The notes under the pieces were generated by a model, which was not told the DNA's origin, made no database searches, and was given only the letters and a program-made list of their open reading frames with translations. Shown here piece by piece: positions 1 to 8,032 of a stretch of 64,000 nucleotides of DNA. Position 1 is the stretch's first letter, and every line of letters starts with the position of its first letter. The position numbers were made by a program, and so were the translations under genes. The DNA is taken from assembly GCA_965248265.1 (NCBI GenBank), contig CBDFJF010000001.1, positions 1,120,001 through 1,184,000 on the forward strand, read 5' to 3'. Source of the stretch: Candidatus Latescibacterota bacterium. Lineage in GTDB: Bacteria > Latescibacterota > UBA2968 > UBA8231.

Positions 1-918
1 TCCTTCAAGAACGTCCTCCGGAGCGTGGAGCAGGTGGCAGCGACGGAGGCGACCGTGTTGATTCTTGGCGAAACCGGCACCGGCAAGGAGCTCATCGCCC
101 GTGCCGTGCATACAATCAGCGCGCGTGGGGAGAGACCGCTGGTCAAGGTAAACTGCGCCGCGTTGCCGGCGAACCTGATCGAGAGTGAACTGTTCGGCCA
201 CGAGAAAGGTGCCTTCACGGGTGCCGTGGCCCGCAAGCAGGGTCGCTTCGAGTTGGCCGATGGCGGAACGATCTTTCTGGACGAAATCGGCGATTTGCCC
301 CTGGACCTTCAGGCCAAGCTGCTGCGCGTGTTGCAGGAGAACGAGTTCGAACGCCTCGGAGGTACACAGACCATTGCCGTCGACGTCCGGGTGATCGCGG
401 CTACTAACCGCGACCTGGAGGCGGCCAGTCGTGCCGGGGACTTTCGCGAGGATCTGTTCTACAGACTGAACGTGTTCCCGATCTCGCTACCGCCACTGCG
501 CGAGCGCCCCGAGGACATCCCGCTACTGGTATGCCATTTCGTGCACAAGGTCGGAGCGAAGATCGGTAGAAAGATCACGGCGATCCCCCAGAGCACCCTG
601 GCCTCGCTGCAGACCTACGACTATCCCGGAAACATCCGGGAGCTCGAGAACATCGTGGAGCGTGCCGTGATACTGGCCAACGACGGAACGCTGCGATTGG
701 ATCAAAACCTGGAATTGCTCCTGAAAAACCCGGCGAACCCGAGTGATGGTGATGCGACACTAGAGGCTGTAGAACGCACGCACATCCTCGCCATCCTCGA
801 GAACACGAATTGGCGAATCGAAGGTCCCAAGGGTGCTGCCTTGCGACTGGGACTGAACGCCAACACCCTGCGCTCTCGCTTGAAACGCCTGGGAGTCGAA
901 AGACCTTCGCAAGATTGA
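1..918 (+). CDS. Sigma-54-dependent enhancer-binding transcriptional activator (FhlA/NtrC family), 5'-truncated by window edge
   Basis: Frame open from base 1. Walker [24 protein letters not shown], Walker [38 protein letters not shown], and a C-terminal Fis-type HTH ([16 protein letters not shown]). Confidence 0.95.
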   Translation, partial: SFKNVLRSVEQVAATEATVLILGETGTGKELIARAVHTISARGERPLVKVNCAALPANLIESELFGHEKGAFTGAVARKQGRFELADGGTIFLDEIGDLPLDLQAKLLRVLQENEFERLGGTQTIAVDVRVIAATNRDLEAASRAGDFREDLFYRLNVFPISLPPLRERPEDIPLLVCHFVHKVGAKIGRKITAIPQSTLASLQTYDYPGNIRELENIVERAVILANDGTLRLDQNLELLLKNPANPSDGDATLEAVERTHILAILENTNWRIEGPKGAALRLGLNANTLRSRLKRLGVERPSQD

Positions 919-937
919 TCCTGCCTCCTGGTTTATC

Positions 938-971
938 CATGATATATCAGGGACACCCACGATATATCATG
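938..971. promoter_or_regulatory. Paired palindromic upstream activator sites (C-N2-GATATATC-N2-G x2)
   Basis: GATATATC at 941 and 961, 20 bp apart, ~95 bp upstream of a sigma-54 promoter and directly after the activator gene. Confidence 0.7.
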
Positions 972-1061
972 AGTTTTCCGAGCCTCCCACACTCTCGCAG
1001 TTTCCTAAATCTTCACGTATCCAGTTGTAAACAATACTGATACGTATTGCTTACAGCGCCC

Positions 1062-1077
1062 TGGCACCCCACTTGCA
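1062..1077 (+). promoter_or_regulatory. Sigma-54 (-24/-12) promoter
   Basis: TGGCACCCCACTTGCA = TGGCAC-N5-TTGCA with exact GG-N10-GC spacing. Confidence 0.85.
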
Positions 1078-1167
1078 TACCACGCCTTGAACGGACGGCA
1101 CCATCGTCCCCTGAAATCCGCGGCGCAGGAGCAAGCGCGAGTCTCAACCCACTTAAGGAGAGTTGTG

Positions 1168-2337
1168 ATGACCAAACCAAGAATGCTCGTTACGGGAGCA
1201 GCAGGCCACACTGGTTCGCCTGCCGTGCATCAGCTACTGAAAAAAGGATACCCCGTGCGTGCCTTCGTTCGCCGCAGGGATGCCCGAGCCGCCGCGCTGG
1301 AGAAATCTGGCGCTGAGATTTTCGTCGGAGATGTCCTCGACTACCGGAATCTTCGTGAATCGATGATCGGCGTCCAACGCGCTTATCACTGCCCTCCCTT
1401 TGCACCAAACCTTCTGCACAACACCATGCTGTTTGCCGTTGCCGCACAAGAAGCCAAACTGGAAGTGGTGGCGTTGATGAGTCAATGGAATCCGCACCCG
1501 GCGCATCCATCGGTCATTTCGCGCGAGCACTGGATCTCGAACCAGGTCTACCGCTGGATGCCATCCGTGGACGTCATTCACATCAACCCCGGCATTTTCG
1601 CTTTCATCTACCTGCTCGGCCTGCCTGCGATCGTTCACTTTGGCCAGATGATGGCGCCCTTTGGCGACGGACTGAATGCGCCACCGTCGAATGAGGACAT
1701 TGCCCGTGTCGCCACCATGACGCTTGCCGACCCGGCCGCTCATGTGGGCAAGAGCTACCGACCCACCGGCCCCGAACTGATCTCACCCCACGATGTTGCT
1801 GGAACCCTGGGGAAAATCCTTGGCCGCAAGGTTACCTACAAGGACGTGCCTTTCAGGATGTTCAACAAAGCAGCCACCGCACAGGGATTTCCGCGCTCCG
1901 ACATTGTCCACTTGCGCTACTACACTGAAGAGATCAGAAACGGCGCGTTTGCGGTCGGAGCACCGACCGAGCACGTGCTCGAGGTCACCGGATCCACGCC
2001 CGAAGGTTTCGAATCGACTGCTCGTCGATACATCCAGGATCCCTCCCTCATTCACCCGGCACTCAACATCGGGTCGAAGCTGCAGGCGATCGTATTCCTT
2101 TTCAAGATGATGGCTACCAGACCCACAGATCTCGACGCCTGGGAGCAGGACCGCGGCTATCCGCTGTTGAGTGATCCAGTGCTTTCGCAGGACAGCGCCG
2201 AGTGGCGCTCGACGGCCGAACGGCAGCAACTCAACCTTCTCCCGGATGCCGCCGTCGACACCACGGATGTGGGAACCGGCAGAGTGATCGGGCTGCAGAA
2301 AGTCTCGAAAGTAAACCATCCGGCGATGGCATGGTGA
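1168..2337 (+). CDS. NmrA-like NAD(P)-binding protein (atypical SDR)
   Basis: RBS AAGGAG then MTKPRMLVTGAAGHTG Rossmann motif; VRAFVRR, GDVLD, DIARVA, PTGPELIS typical of the NmrA/TMR family. Confidence 0.85.
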   Translation: MTKPRMLVTGAAGHTGSPAVHQLLKKGYPVRAFVRRRDARAAALEKSGAEIFVGDVLDYRNLRESMIGVQRAYHCPPFAPNLLHNTMLFAVAAQEAKLEVVALMSQWNPHPAHPSVISREHWISNQVYRWMPSVDVIHINPGIFAFIYLLGLPAIVHFGQMMAPFGDGLNAPPSNEDIARVATMTLADPAAHVGKSYRPTGPELISPHDVAGTLGKILGRKVTYKDVPFRMFNKAATAQGFPRSDIVHLRYYTEEIRNGAFAVGAPTEHVLEVTGSTPEGFESTARRYIQDPSLIHPALNIGSKLQAIVFLFKMMATRPTDLDAWEQDRGYPLLSDPVLSQDSAEWRSTAERQQLNLLPDAAVDTTDVGTGRVIGLQKVSKVNHPAMAW

Positions 2338-2368
2338 TGTCGCCGCCAACCTTGAGGAGGACCTGCTG

Positions 2369-2866
2369 ATGGATACGCTGGCGATTTTCGGACTGCAGTT
2401 TCTGTTGAGCCTCATCGTCTTCGGTGTGCTGGCCAAGTGGAAGTTGGCACCCTGGCTCGAAACCTTGCCTCAGCTCCAGGGATTGTTCTGGCTCACCGTG
2501 CCACACGCATTCCGTCACATCGGCTTGGTGTTCCTGGTTCCGGGAGTGGTCGACCAACGGCTGCCGGATGGATTCGCCAATGCCGCGGCCTATGGCGATC
2601 TGGCAACCGCTCTGCTCGCACTGCTGGCACTGGTTGCGCTGCACAAAGGGTCGACTGCCGCAGCCCCCATGGTCTGGATATTCAACATTGTCGGGACCGT
2701 TGACCTTCTCAACGCGCTGCGTCACGACGAGGTTGTTCCGTTGTTCGGGGCTGCCTGGTACATCCCGACATTCATTGTCCCACTGCTTCTGGTCTCGCAC
2801 GCCGTGATCTTCGTCCGGCTTGTCCGATCCCAGAGCGTGGGACACACCGCGGTCGCAGGAGAGTAG
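2369..2866 (+). CDS. Integral membrane protein, 4-5 TM, unknown function
   Basis: GAGGAGG RBS; hydrophobic helices; HAFRHIG and YGDL motifs; operonic with neighbours. Confidence 0.75.
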   Translation: MDTLAIFGLQFLLSLIVFGVLAKWKLAPWLETLPQLQGLFWLTVPHAFRHIGLVFLVPGVVDQRLPDGFANAAAYGDLATALLALLALVALHKGSTAAAPMVWIFNIVGTVDLLNALRHDEVVPLFGAAWYIPTFIVPLLLVSHAVIFVRLVRSQSVGHTAVAGE

Positions 2867-2870
2867 AGTG

Positions 2871-3737
2871 ATGGACCAGACAATCTTGATCGAGAAACGA
2901 GTTGCACCTGAGCCCTCGACTCCCTCCTCACACGGAGACGCCGGCGAGTACCGCTATGACTCTTTCCGTATTGGAGTTGTAATCGATGACTTCAAGTTTT
3001 CACAGAACTCCTTGAAACCGGGACAGGTCCTGCCCAATCGCACCCTGGTCCGCACTGACGGCGAAAGGATCTCGTTAAGGGATTTGTCAGCCGGCCGGCC
3101 GATCGTGCTGGTCACTGGTTCCGTCACCTGCCCCCTCAGCATCAGCACCTTATCGCTGTTCGGGGAGTTGAACCGGTTGCATGGAGATCGCATGGCTTTC
3201 GCCTTCATCTACACTCGCGAGGCCCATCCGGGTGAGAACATCCAGCAACCGGCCACCATGGCGGTGAAAATCGCACACGCTCGCCTGTTGATGGAGATAC
3301 ATGGCGTCGACTGGCCGGTGCTCGTGGACGATCTCGACGGCTCGGTTCACCGAATGCTCGATACCAAACAGAACTCCATTCACATTCTCGATTCTGACGG
3401 CACCATCTTGTTTCGAGCCCTGTTCGCTGGTGACCCTGCCGCGGAAGAAGCGGTCCAGGCTATCGCTCTGTCACATGGACCCCGCAAGCCTCAGGCACTC
3501 GGACGACTCGCCGGTCCTATGAAGTCAATTGGCTACATCGAAGAAACCTTGCGCCACGCAGGCTCACGGGCCGTCGCCGACGTCGTCAAGGCTGTGCTAC
3601 CGATGGCGGCGATGGCATTGATCGCCCGGGCTTTCCCGTTCTTGCCGAAAGCCAGCCGTGGGTGGGCAGCGGCAGGCACTCTGATGGTTGGTGCGACGGC
3701 CATCGTTGTGGGAATTTCGAGCGGGGCCATTCCCTGA
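2871..3737 (+). CDS. Iodothyronine deiodinase-like thioredoxin-fold protein (Cys form) with C-terminal TM segments
   Basis: RPIVLVTGSVTCP (cf. deiodinase RPLVLNFGSCTUP), FIYTREAHPGE (cf. YIEEAH), VLVDDLDG; hydrophobic C-terminus. Confidence 0.75.
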   Translation: MDQTILIEKRVAPEPSTPSSHGDAGEYRYDSFRIGVVIDDFKFSQNSLKPGQVLPNRTLVRTDGERISLRDLSAGRPIVLVTGSVTCPLSISTLSLFGELNRLHGDRMAFAFIYTREAHPGENIQQPATMAVKIAHARLLMEIHGVDWPVLVDDLDGSVHRMLDTKQNSIHILDSDGTILFRALFAGDPAAEEAVQAIALSHGPRKPQALGRLAGPMKSIGYIEETLRHAGSRAVADVVKAVLPMAAMALIARAFPFLPKASRGWAAAGTLMVGATAIVVGISSGAIP

Positions 3738-3791
3738 GACCGGACGACTGATTTGAACTATTCGACAGTTGGTTCCAAACTTTAGGACACC

Positions 3792-4334
3792 ATGGCCTCC
3801 AAAGAAATTCTCCAACTCGGAAATCCCAAACTGCTCGAACCCTGCGAACCCGTTGCAGAAAACGAGCTGGACTTCGCCCGCTCCGTAGCCTCGGACCTGC
3901 GAGACACCAAGAACGCCTTCCGCGCCAAATACGGCTGGGGCCGCGCCATCGCCGCCCCGCAAATCGGCATCCTCAAGCAGATCGTTTTCATGGAAGTGGA
4001 ACCGGGGAACCCCGTCATCTTCATCAACCCCCAGATGTCACACGAGAGCAAAGAGATGATGGCGGTCTGGGACCACTGTATGAGCTTCCCGGATCTGCTG
4101 GTTCAGGTGAAACGGCACCGATCCTGCCAGGTCTCCTACGTCGATGCCGAGTGGCAAGCCCAGACCATTCCGGCACAAGACGAATTGTCTGAACTGCTGC
4201 AACACGAACTCGATCACCTGCACGGAATCATCGCGACGATGCGCGCCATCGACGGGTCACGCTTCGCTCTGCAGAGTCAAAAGGACTTACTGGGCGAGGG
4301 TATGTTCGCCCGGCAGGATTTCAGCGATGAGTAG
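3792..4334 (+). CDS. def: Peptide deformylase-like protein
   Basis: GRAIAAPQIG, FINP, DHCMS (EGCLS variant), QHELDHLHG. Confidence 0.85.
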   Translation: MASKEILQLGNPKLLEPCEPVAENELDFARSVASDLRDTKNAFRAKYGWGRAIAAPQIGILKQIVFMEVEPGNPVIFINPQMSHESKEMMAVWDHCMSFPDLLVQVKRHRSCQVSYVDAEWQAQTIPAQDELSELLQHELDHLHGIIATMRAIDGSRFALQSQKDLLGEGMFARQDFSDE

Positions 4335-5109
4335 CGGTGGGAGCGAAGAAAAGAGACAGTTCGACCGCGACGGCTACACGATCTACCACAACGTGCTCGA
4401 CAAAGATTTGGTTGGAGAAGCCAGCGCACATGTGGAGTGGCTTGTCGGGCGACACCCCGATTTGCGCCCGGAGAATCTCGACACCCACTTGGTAGGCGAC
4501 GATCCGTTTTGGGTGCGGCTGATAAGCGACGAACGCCTGTTGAATATTGCCGAGCAGTACGTGGGACCCAACATCGCCCTCTTTGCCTCTCACTACATCG
4601 CCAAGCCCCCGGAAGACGGCCAGCCTGTGCTCTGGCACCAGGACGGATCCTACTGGCCGCTCGAGCCGATGGAGGTCGTGACCCTGTGGCTGGCCGTCGA
4701 CGACTCGACACCGGAGAACGGTTGCATGCGGGTGGTACCGGGAACCCAGACTTCACAATTGCACGAAATGCACAAGTTCACCGACACCCCCAATGTCCTC
4801 GAATCACAGATGGATCCGGATCTGGTGAAGGAGGACCGGGCCGTCGACATCATCCTGGAGGTTGGCGGGGTATCGGTGCATCATCCCAACATCATCCACG
4901 GGTCCAACCCCAACACCTCGGGCGACCGGCGCTGCGGATTGACGATACGTTATATTCCAACTACGACGCGGATCACACACGAAGGCCAGTGGCCGAGCGC
5001 CTTCCTGTTGCGCGGCGATGCCGTTGATGATATCAATAGCTACCTGCCTTGGCCGCGCTACAGACAGGGCGAACACTTACCGTTTCGAGGGTGCGACGAA
5101 TGGGTATGA
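4327..5109 (+). CDS. Phytanoyl-CoA dioxygenase (PhyH) family Fe(II)/2OG dioxygenase
   Basis: FDRDGY, WHQD, WLAVDDSTPENGCMRVVPG, IHGS..N, RR..L.IRY. Confidence 0.9.
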   Translation: MSSGGSEEKRQFDRDGYTIYHNVLDKDLVGEASAHVEWLVGRHPDLRPENLDTHLVGDDPFWVRLISDERLLNIAEQYVGPNIALFASHYIAKPPEDGQPVLWHQDGSYWPLEPMEVVTLWLAVDDSTPENGCMRVVPGTQTSQLHEMHKFTDTPNVLESQMDPDLVKEDRAVDIILEVGGVSVHHPNIIHGSNPNTSGDRRCGLTIRYIPTTTRITHEGQWPSAFLLRGDAVDDINSYLPWPRYRQGEHLPFRGCDEWV

Positions 5110-6005
5110 CGACGACGGATGGTACGACGATCGAAAACTGTCCCGAAACACTCACCCCAGCTCATACAGAGTTGTTCGAGAAGCAGGGATATCTGGCTTT
5201 CGAGAACGGCCTGACGCCAACCGAAATCGAAGCCACCCGCGAGGCCCTGTCGGAGATAACCCGGTCGCTGATGCAGGCCGCCCACCAGGGTGAGGCTGAG
5301 ATTCATACCAGGGCAGGAGCCACCAGGAACTACCGCGGTGTCCAAGTCACCAAACCCGGAACTGATTTCAACATCCACTTCGAGGCGGGCGTTGACCCGA
5401 TGGAGGTGCCCGTCGAGGAAGCGGAGCTCAAGTACCGCAAGCTCGGCGACTACGTCCGTGAGCACGAAGTCTTCCAAGCCCTGGTTACACACAAACGCGT
5501 CAAAGGATTCCTGGAGCAGCTCATCGGCCAGGAAGTCATCCTCAAGAATTCGATGGCGTTGGCCAAGCCGCCGTTTATCGGATCCGAGAAACCCTGGCAC
5601 CAGGACAACGCCTACTTCAACTTCCTGCCACTCGAATTGCTAGCCACAGCCTGGATAGCCGTCGACGACGCCACGCTCGAAAACGGATGCATGCATGTGC
5701 TGCCCGGCCAACACCGCCGCGGCCCGTTGAGGCACCATCACACCACCGATTGTGAAATCGTCTCCGACCGCATCGATCCCACCATTGCCGTTCCAGTGCC
5801 CCTGTCTGCGGGCGGGATCATGTTGTTCTCAGCCATGCTCCCACACCAGACACCGCCTAACCATACTGCGTCACGGCGGCGTGCCCTGCAATTCCAGTAC
5901 CGCGGAATCGGTACCCATGAAGTATCCAAGGAGGAGTACGGCAAGGTCTTCGCTGAAGCGGACGGCAGCCCCGCCTCCTGCGCTCGCGCCTCCGAGAACG
6001 GATAG
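5106..6005 (+). CDS. Phytanoyl-CoA dioxygenase (PhyH) family dioxygenase, second copy
   Basis: FEKQGY, KPWHQD, WIAVDDATLENGC, LPHQT..N, RRRALQFQY; ATGA overlap with the upstream gene. Confidence 0.9.
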   Translation: MTTTDGTTIENCPETLTPAHTELFEKQGYLAFENGLTPTEIEATREALSEITRSLMQAAHQGEAEIHTRAGATRNYRGVQVTKPGTDFNIHFEAGVDPMEVPVEEAELKYRKLGDYVREHEVFQALVTHKRVKGFLEQLIGQEVILKNSMALAKPPFIGSEKPWHQDNAYFNFLPLELLATAWIAVDDATLENGCMHVLPGQHRRGPLRHHHTTDCEIVSDRIDPTIAVPVPLSAGGIMLFSAMLPHQTPPNHTASRRRALQFQYRGIGTHEVSKEEYGKVFAEADGSPASCARASENG

Positions 6006-6200
6006 ACAGGGTTGCGCGTCTCATTTGTGCCTTCCACTTAGCTTGGTTGTGTGAGCACAGGGTGACATCTTTGGTGCCAAATAGAATCAGATTTGTTATG
6101 GCGGTGGATCTGAAGAGGATGGAATGCTATTGGAACGCGTTTTGCCCAGGTTTGGAGTCCAAAAGTCTTCAAAACTTGAAGTCCAGAAGGACGCAAACTC

Positions 6201-6464
6201 GTGGCAGAGCACCCGAACAAGCACATCCGAGCTGCAATAGTGTACGCGCAGAATCTCGATTGGACACTCAGAAAGTCAGGGCCACGAGCCCACACCTGGG
6301 GGCGACTGTTTTGTCCACGACACGACCGGAGTGGGTGCGCGCTAGCCGTGTATTCGACGCCAAAGAATCCCGAAGACCACGCCAAGGCTTTGCGGCGGGC
6401 AATCGATCGCTGTCCACACGAGGTCTACGGAGGTGCAGGAAAGGTGAGCGATGACCAAATATGA
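6201..6464 (+). CDS. Small basic protein, HicA-like toxin candidate
   Basis: 87 aa, basic; GW-like DWTLRKSG..AH motif and YSTPKNPEDHA; overlaps the downstream acidic partner. Confidence 0.55.
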   Translation: MAEHPNKHIRAAIVYAQNLDWTLRKSGPRAHTWGRLFCPRHDRSGCALAVYSTPKNPEDHAKALRRAIDRCPHEVYGGAGKVSDDQI

Positions 6465-6711
6465 GTTCACTCTGGTTTTGGAAGGATCCCTCGAGCTGAC
6501 CGAGGGAATCGCTGATGCGCTCTTCGAGGCAGGATGTAGCGACGGAACACCCCGAATCTGTGACGGCATCTTTTCTGTCGATTTTCACCGTCAGGCAGAG
6601 TCGTTAGAGGAAGCCATTCGCTCGGCAATCACGAATGTCAAATCGGCCGGCTACGAGGTGGCCAGAGTCGAGATGGGCGCAGAAGGCGTGCCGGAACGCA
6701 CCGACGGATAA
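6451..6711 (+). CDS. Small acidic protein, HicB-like antitoxin candidate (no DNA-binding domain visible)
   Basis: 86 aa, acidic; YEFTLVL..ADALFEAGCSD..FHRQAESLEEAI resembles the HicB partial RNase-H-like fold. Confidence 0.55.
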   Translation: MTKYEFTLVLEGSLELTEGIADALFEAGCSDGTPRICDGIFSVDFHRQAESLEEAIRSAITNVKSAGYEVARVEMGAEGVPERTDG

Positions 6712-6776
6712 TCGTCAGTCGCGCTATCACCAGATGGGTCAGCGGCTTCCCGTCCCGCCTCCTACACCGACGTGCC

Positions 6777-7313
6777 TCAGGCGTGGCACTCCTCCACCGG
6801 GATGTAAGTAACAGGCGGAGTGTGCTTCTTGAACAGCTTCCGTGTCTCAGGCTCCAGCTTACGAAACACCTGTGGAGTGAGGGCAATGCCCTTTGCCTTG
6901 AGCATGGCCGCGATGTTGACGGTCTCGCCGAAAACATCCAGGCGCTTATCGTTGCGGGTGCCGATCGGTCCAGCCATCGCCGGTCCGAAGTGGGCCTTGA
7001 AATAGTGACCGCAGGACATTCTGTTATCGCGCAACCAGGCATCGCCGTCTTCCTGTAACTCTTTGATCGTACGCACGCCGGTATCGACTCGATCGGCGGA
7101 AAAAACGAACAGAGTAGAATCCCCGATGAACTTGATGATCTTGCCACCGGCGCCTTCTATGGTGTCGCCGAACAGCTCGTAATAGTTTGAGAGAAGATCG
7201 AACAACTCCTGCGGACTGCGGTTGCGAACAGCGCGATGAAAACCGGAGATGTCGGAAAAGACGACCAGGAGGTCGACTTCGTGCGGAGTTTCGAGGGTAT
7301 CAAGATCGTGCAT
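6777..7313 (-). CDS. Stand-alone class III adenylate/guanylate cyclase catalytic domain
   Basis: VFSDISGF, GGKIIKFIGD, LDVFGETVNIAA; AGGAGA RBS. Confidence 0.85.
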   Translation of the reverse strand: MHDLDTLETPHEVDLLVVFSDISGFHRAVRNRSPQELFDLLSNYYELFGDTIEGAGGKIIKFIGDSTLFVFSADRVDTGVRTIKELQEDGDAWLRDNRMSCGHYFKAHFGPAMAGPIGTRNDKRLDVFGETVNIAAMLKAKGIALTPQVFRKLEPETRKLFKKHTPPVTYIPVEECHA

Positions 7314-7531
7314 GTCACGTCTCCTTGTGCGTAGTTGCGTTTATCAGCGACCCGTATGTTCGCCAGTAGTGTTCAAGGAAACGCCAGTCCATTGCCTGGC
7401 AGTTTGATTCGCGTTTTACCACCCTCCTCTCTGTTGCAAGTCAGTGCTTACTGACACCTTAATCATGTAGCGTCGATCAGGCAAAGTCTCGGCGCGTTGC
7501 CGGCGCGCTCCACAATTCCGACCTTTTCGCC

Positions 7532-8002
7532 ATGTCGCTGATTGATCAATCCTGGTACCTGAAACCCCCCGGCATCACCGACCGTGTTGCCAGCGGTGGC
7601 GTCGTCGTCCGCACGGAGGGCGACCGCATTCTCGTTGCCCTGGTCAGAGAAGGTCAATGGCCTGACTATGTGTTGCCGAAAGGTGGAGTGGAGGAAGGTG
7701 AGGATCTTATCACGGCCGCTCGACGCGAAGTTCACGAGGAGGCCGGCCTGGAGCACCTACACCTGATCCAGAAGCTGGAGACTCTGGAGCGGTTGACCTT
7801 CACCAAGAATCTCTGGCAGATCATTCACTTTTTCCTCTTCCATACAGATCAAATCGAGGGCACGCCAACCGATACGCAGCATCACTATGGCGTCTGGTGG
7901 TTTCCCATCGACGACCTGCCGGCGTTCTTCTGGCCCGAACAGCGCGAACTGGTGATCCGGAATCGAGATCTGATCATCACCGAGATGGCACGCATCAGAT
8001 AG
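7532..8002 (+). CDS. NUDIX hydrolase
   Basis: Nudix box PKGGVEEGEDLITAARREVHEEAG. Confidence 0.9.
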   Translation: MSLIDQSWYLKPPGITDRVASGGVVVRTEGDRILVALVREGQWPDYVLPKGGVEEGEDLITAARREVHEEAGLEHLHLIQKLETLERLTFTKNLWQIIHFFLFHTDQIEGTPTDTQHHYGVWWFPIDDLPAFFWPEQRELVIRNRDLIITEMARIR

Positions 8003-8032
8003 AGCTGTTGCTCTCAACTCCAAGGAGACAGT

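Noticed and set aside
3113-3135. Selenocysteine in the deiodinase-like gene
   Set aside because: The active-site codon is TGC (Cys); no in-frame TGA.
6201-8002. TA pair + cyclase + NUDIX as one anti-phage (Pycsar/CBASS-like) system
   Set aside because: Genes are convergent/divergent rather than operonic, and no cyclic-nucleotide-binding effector is present.
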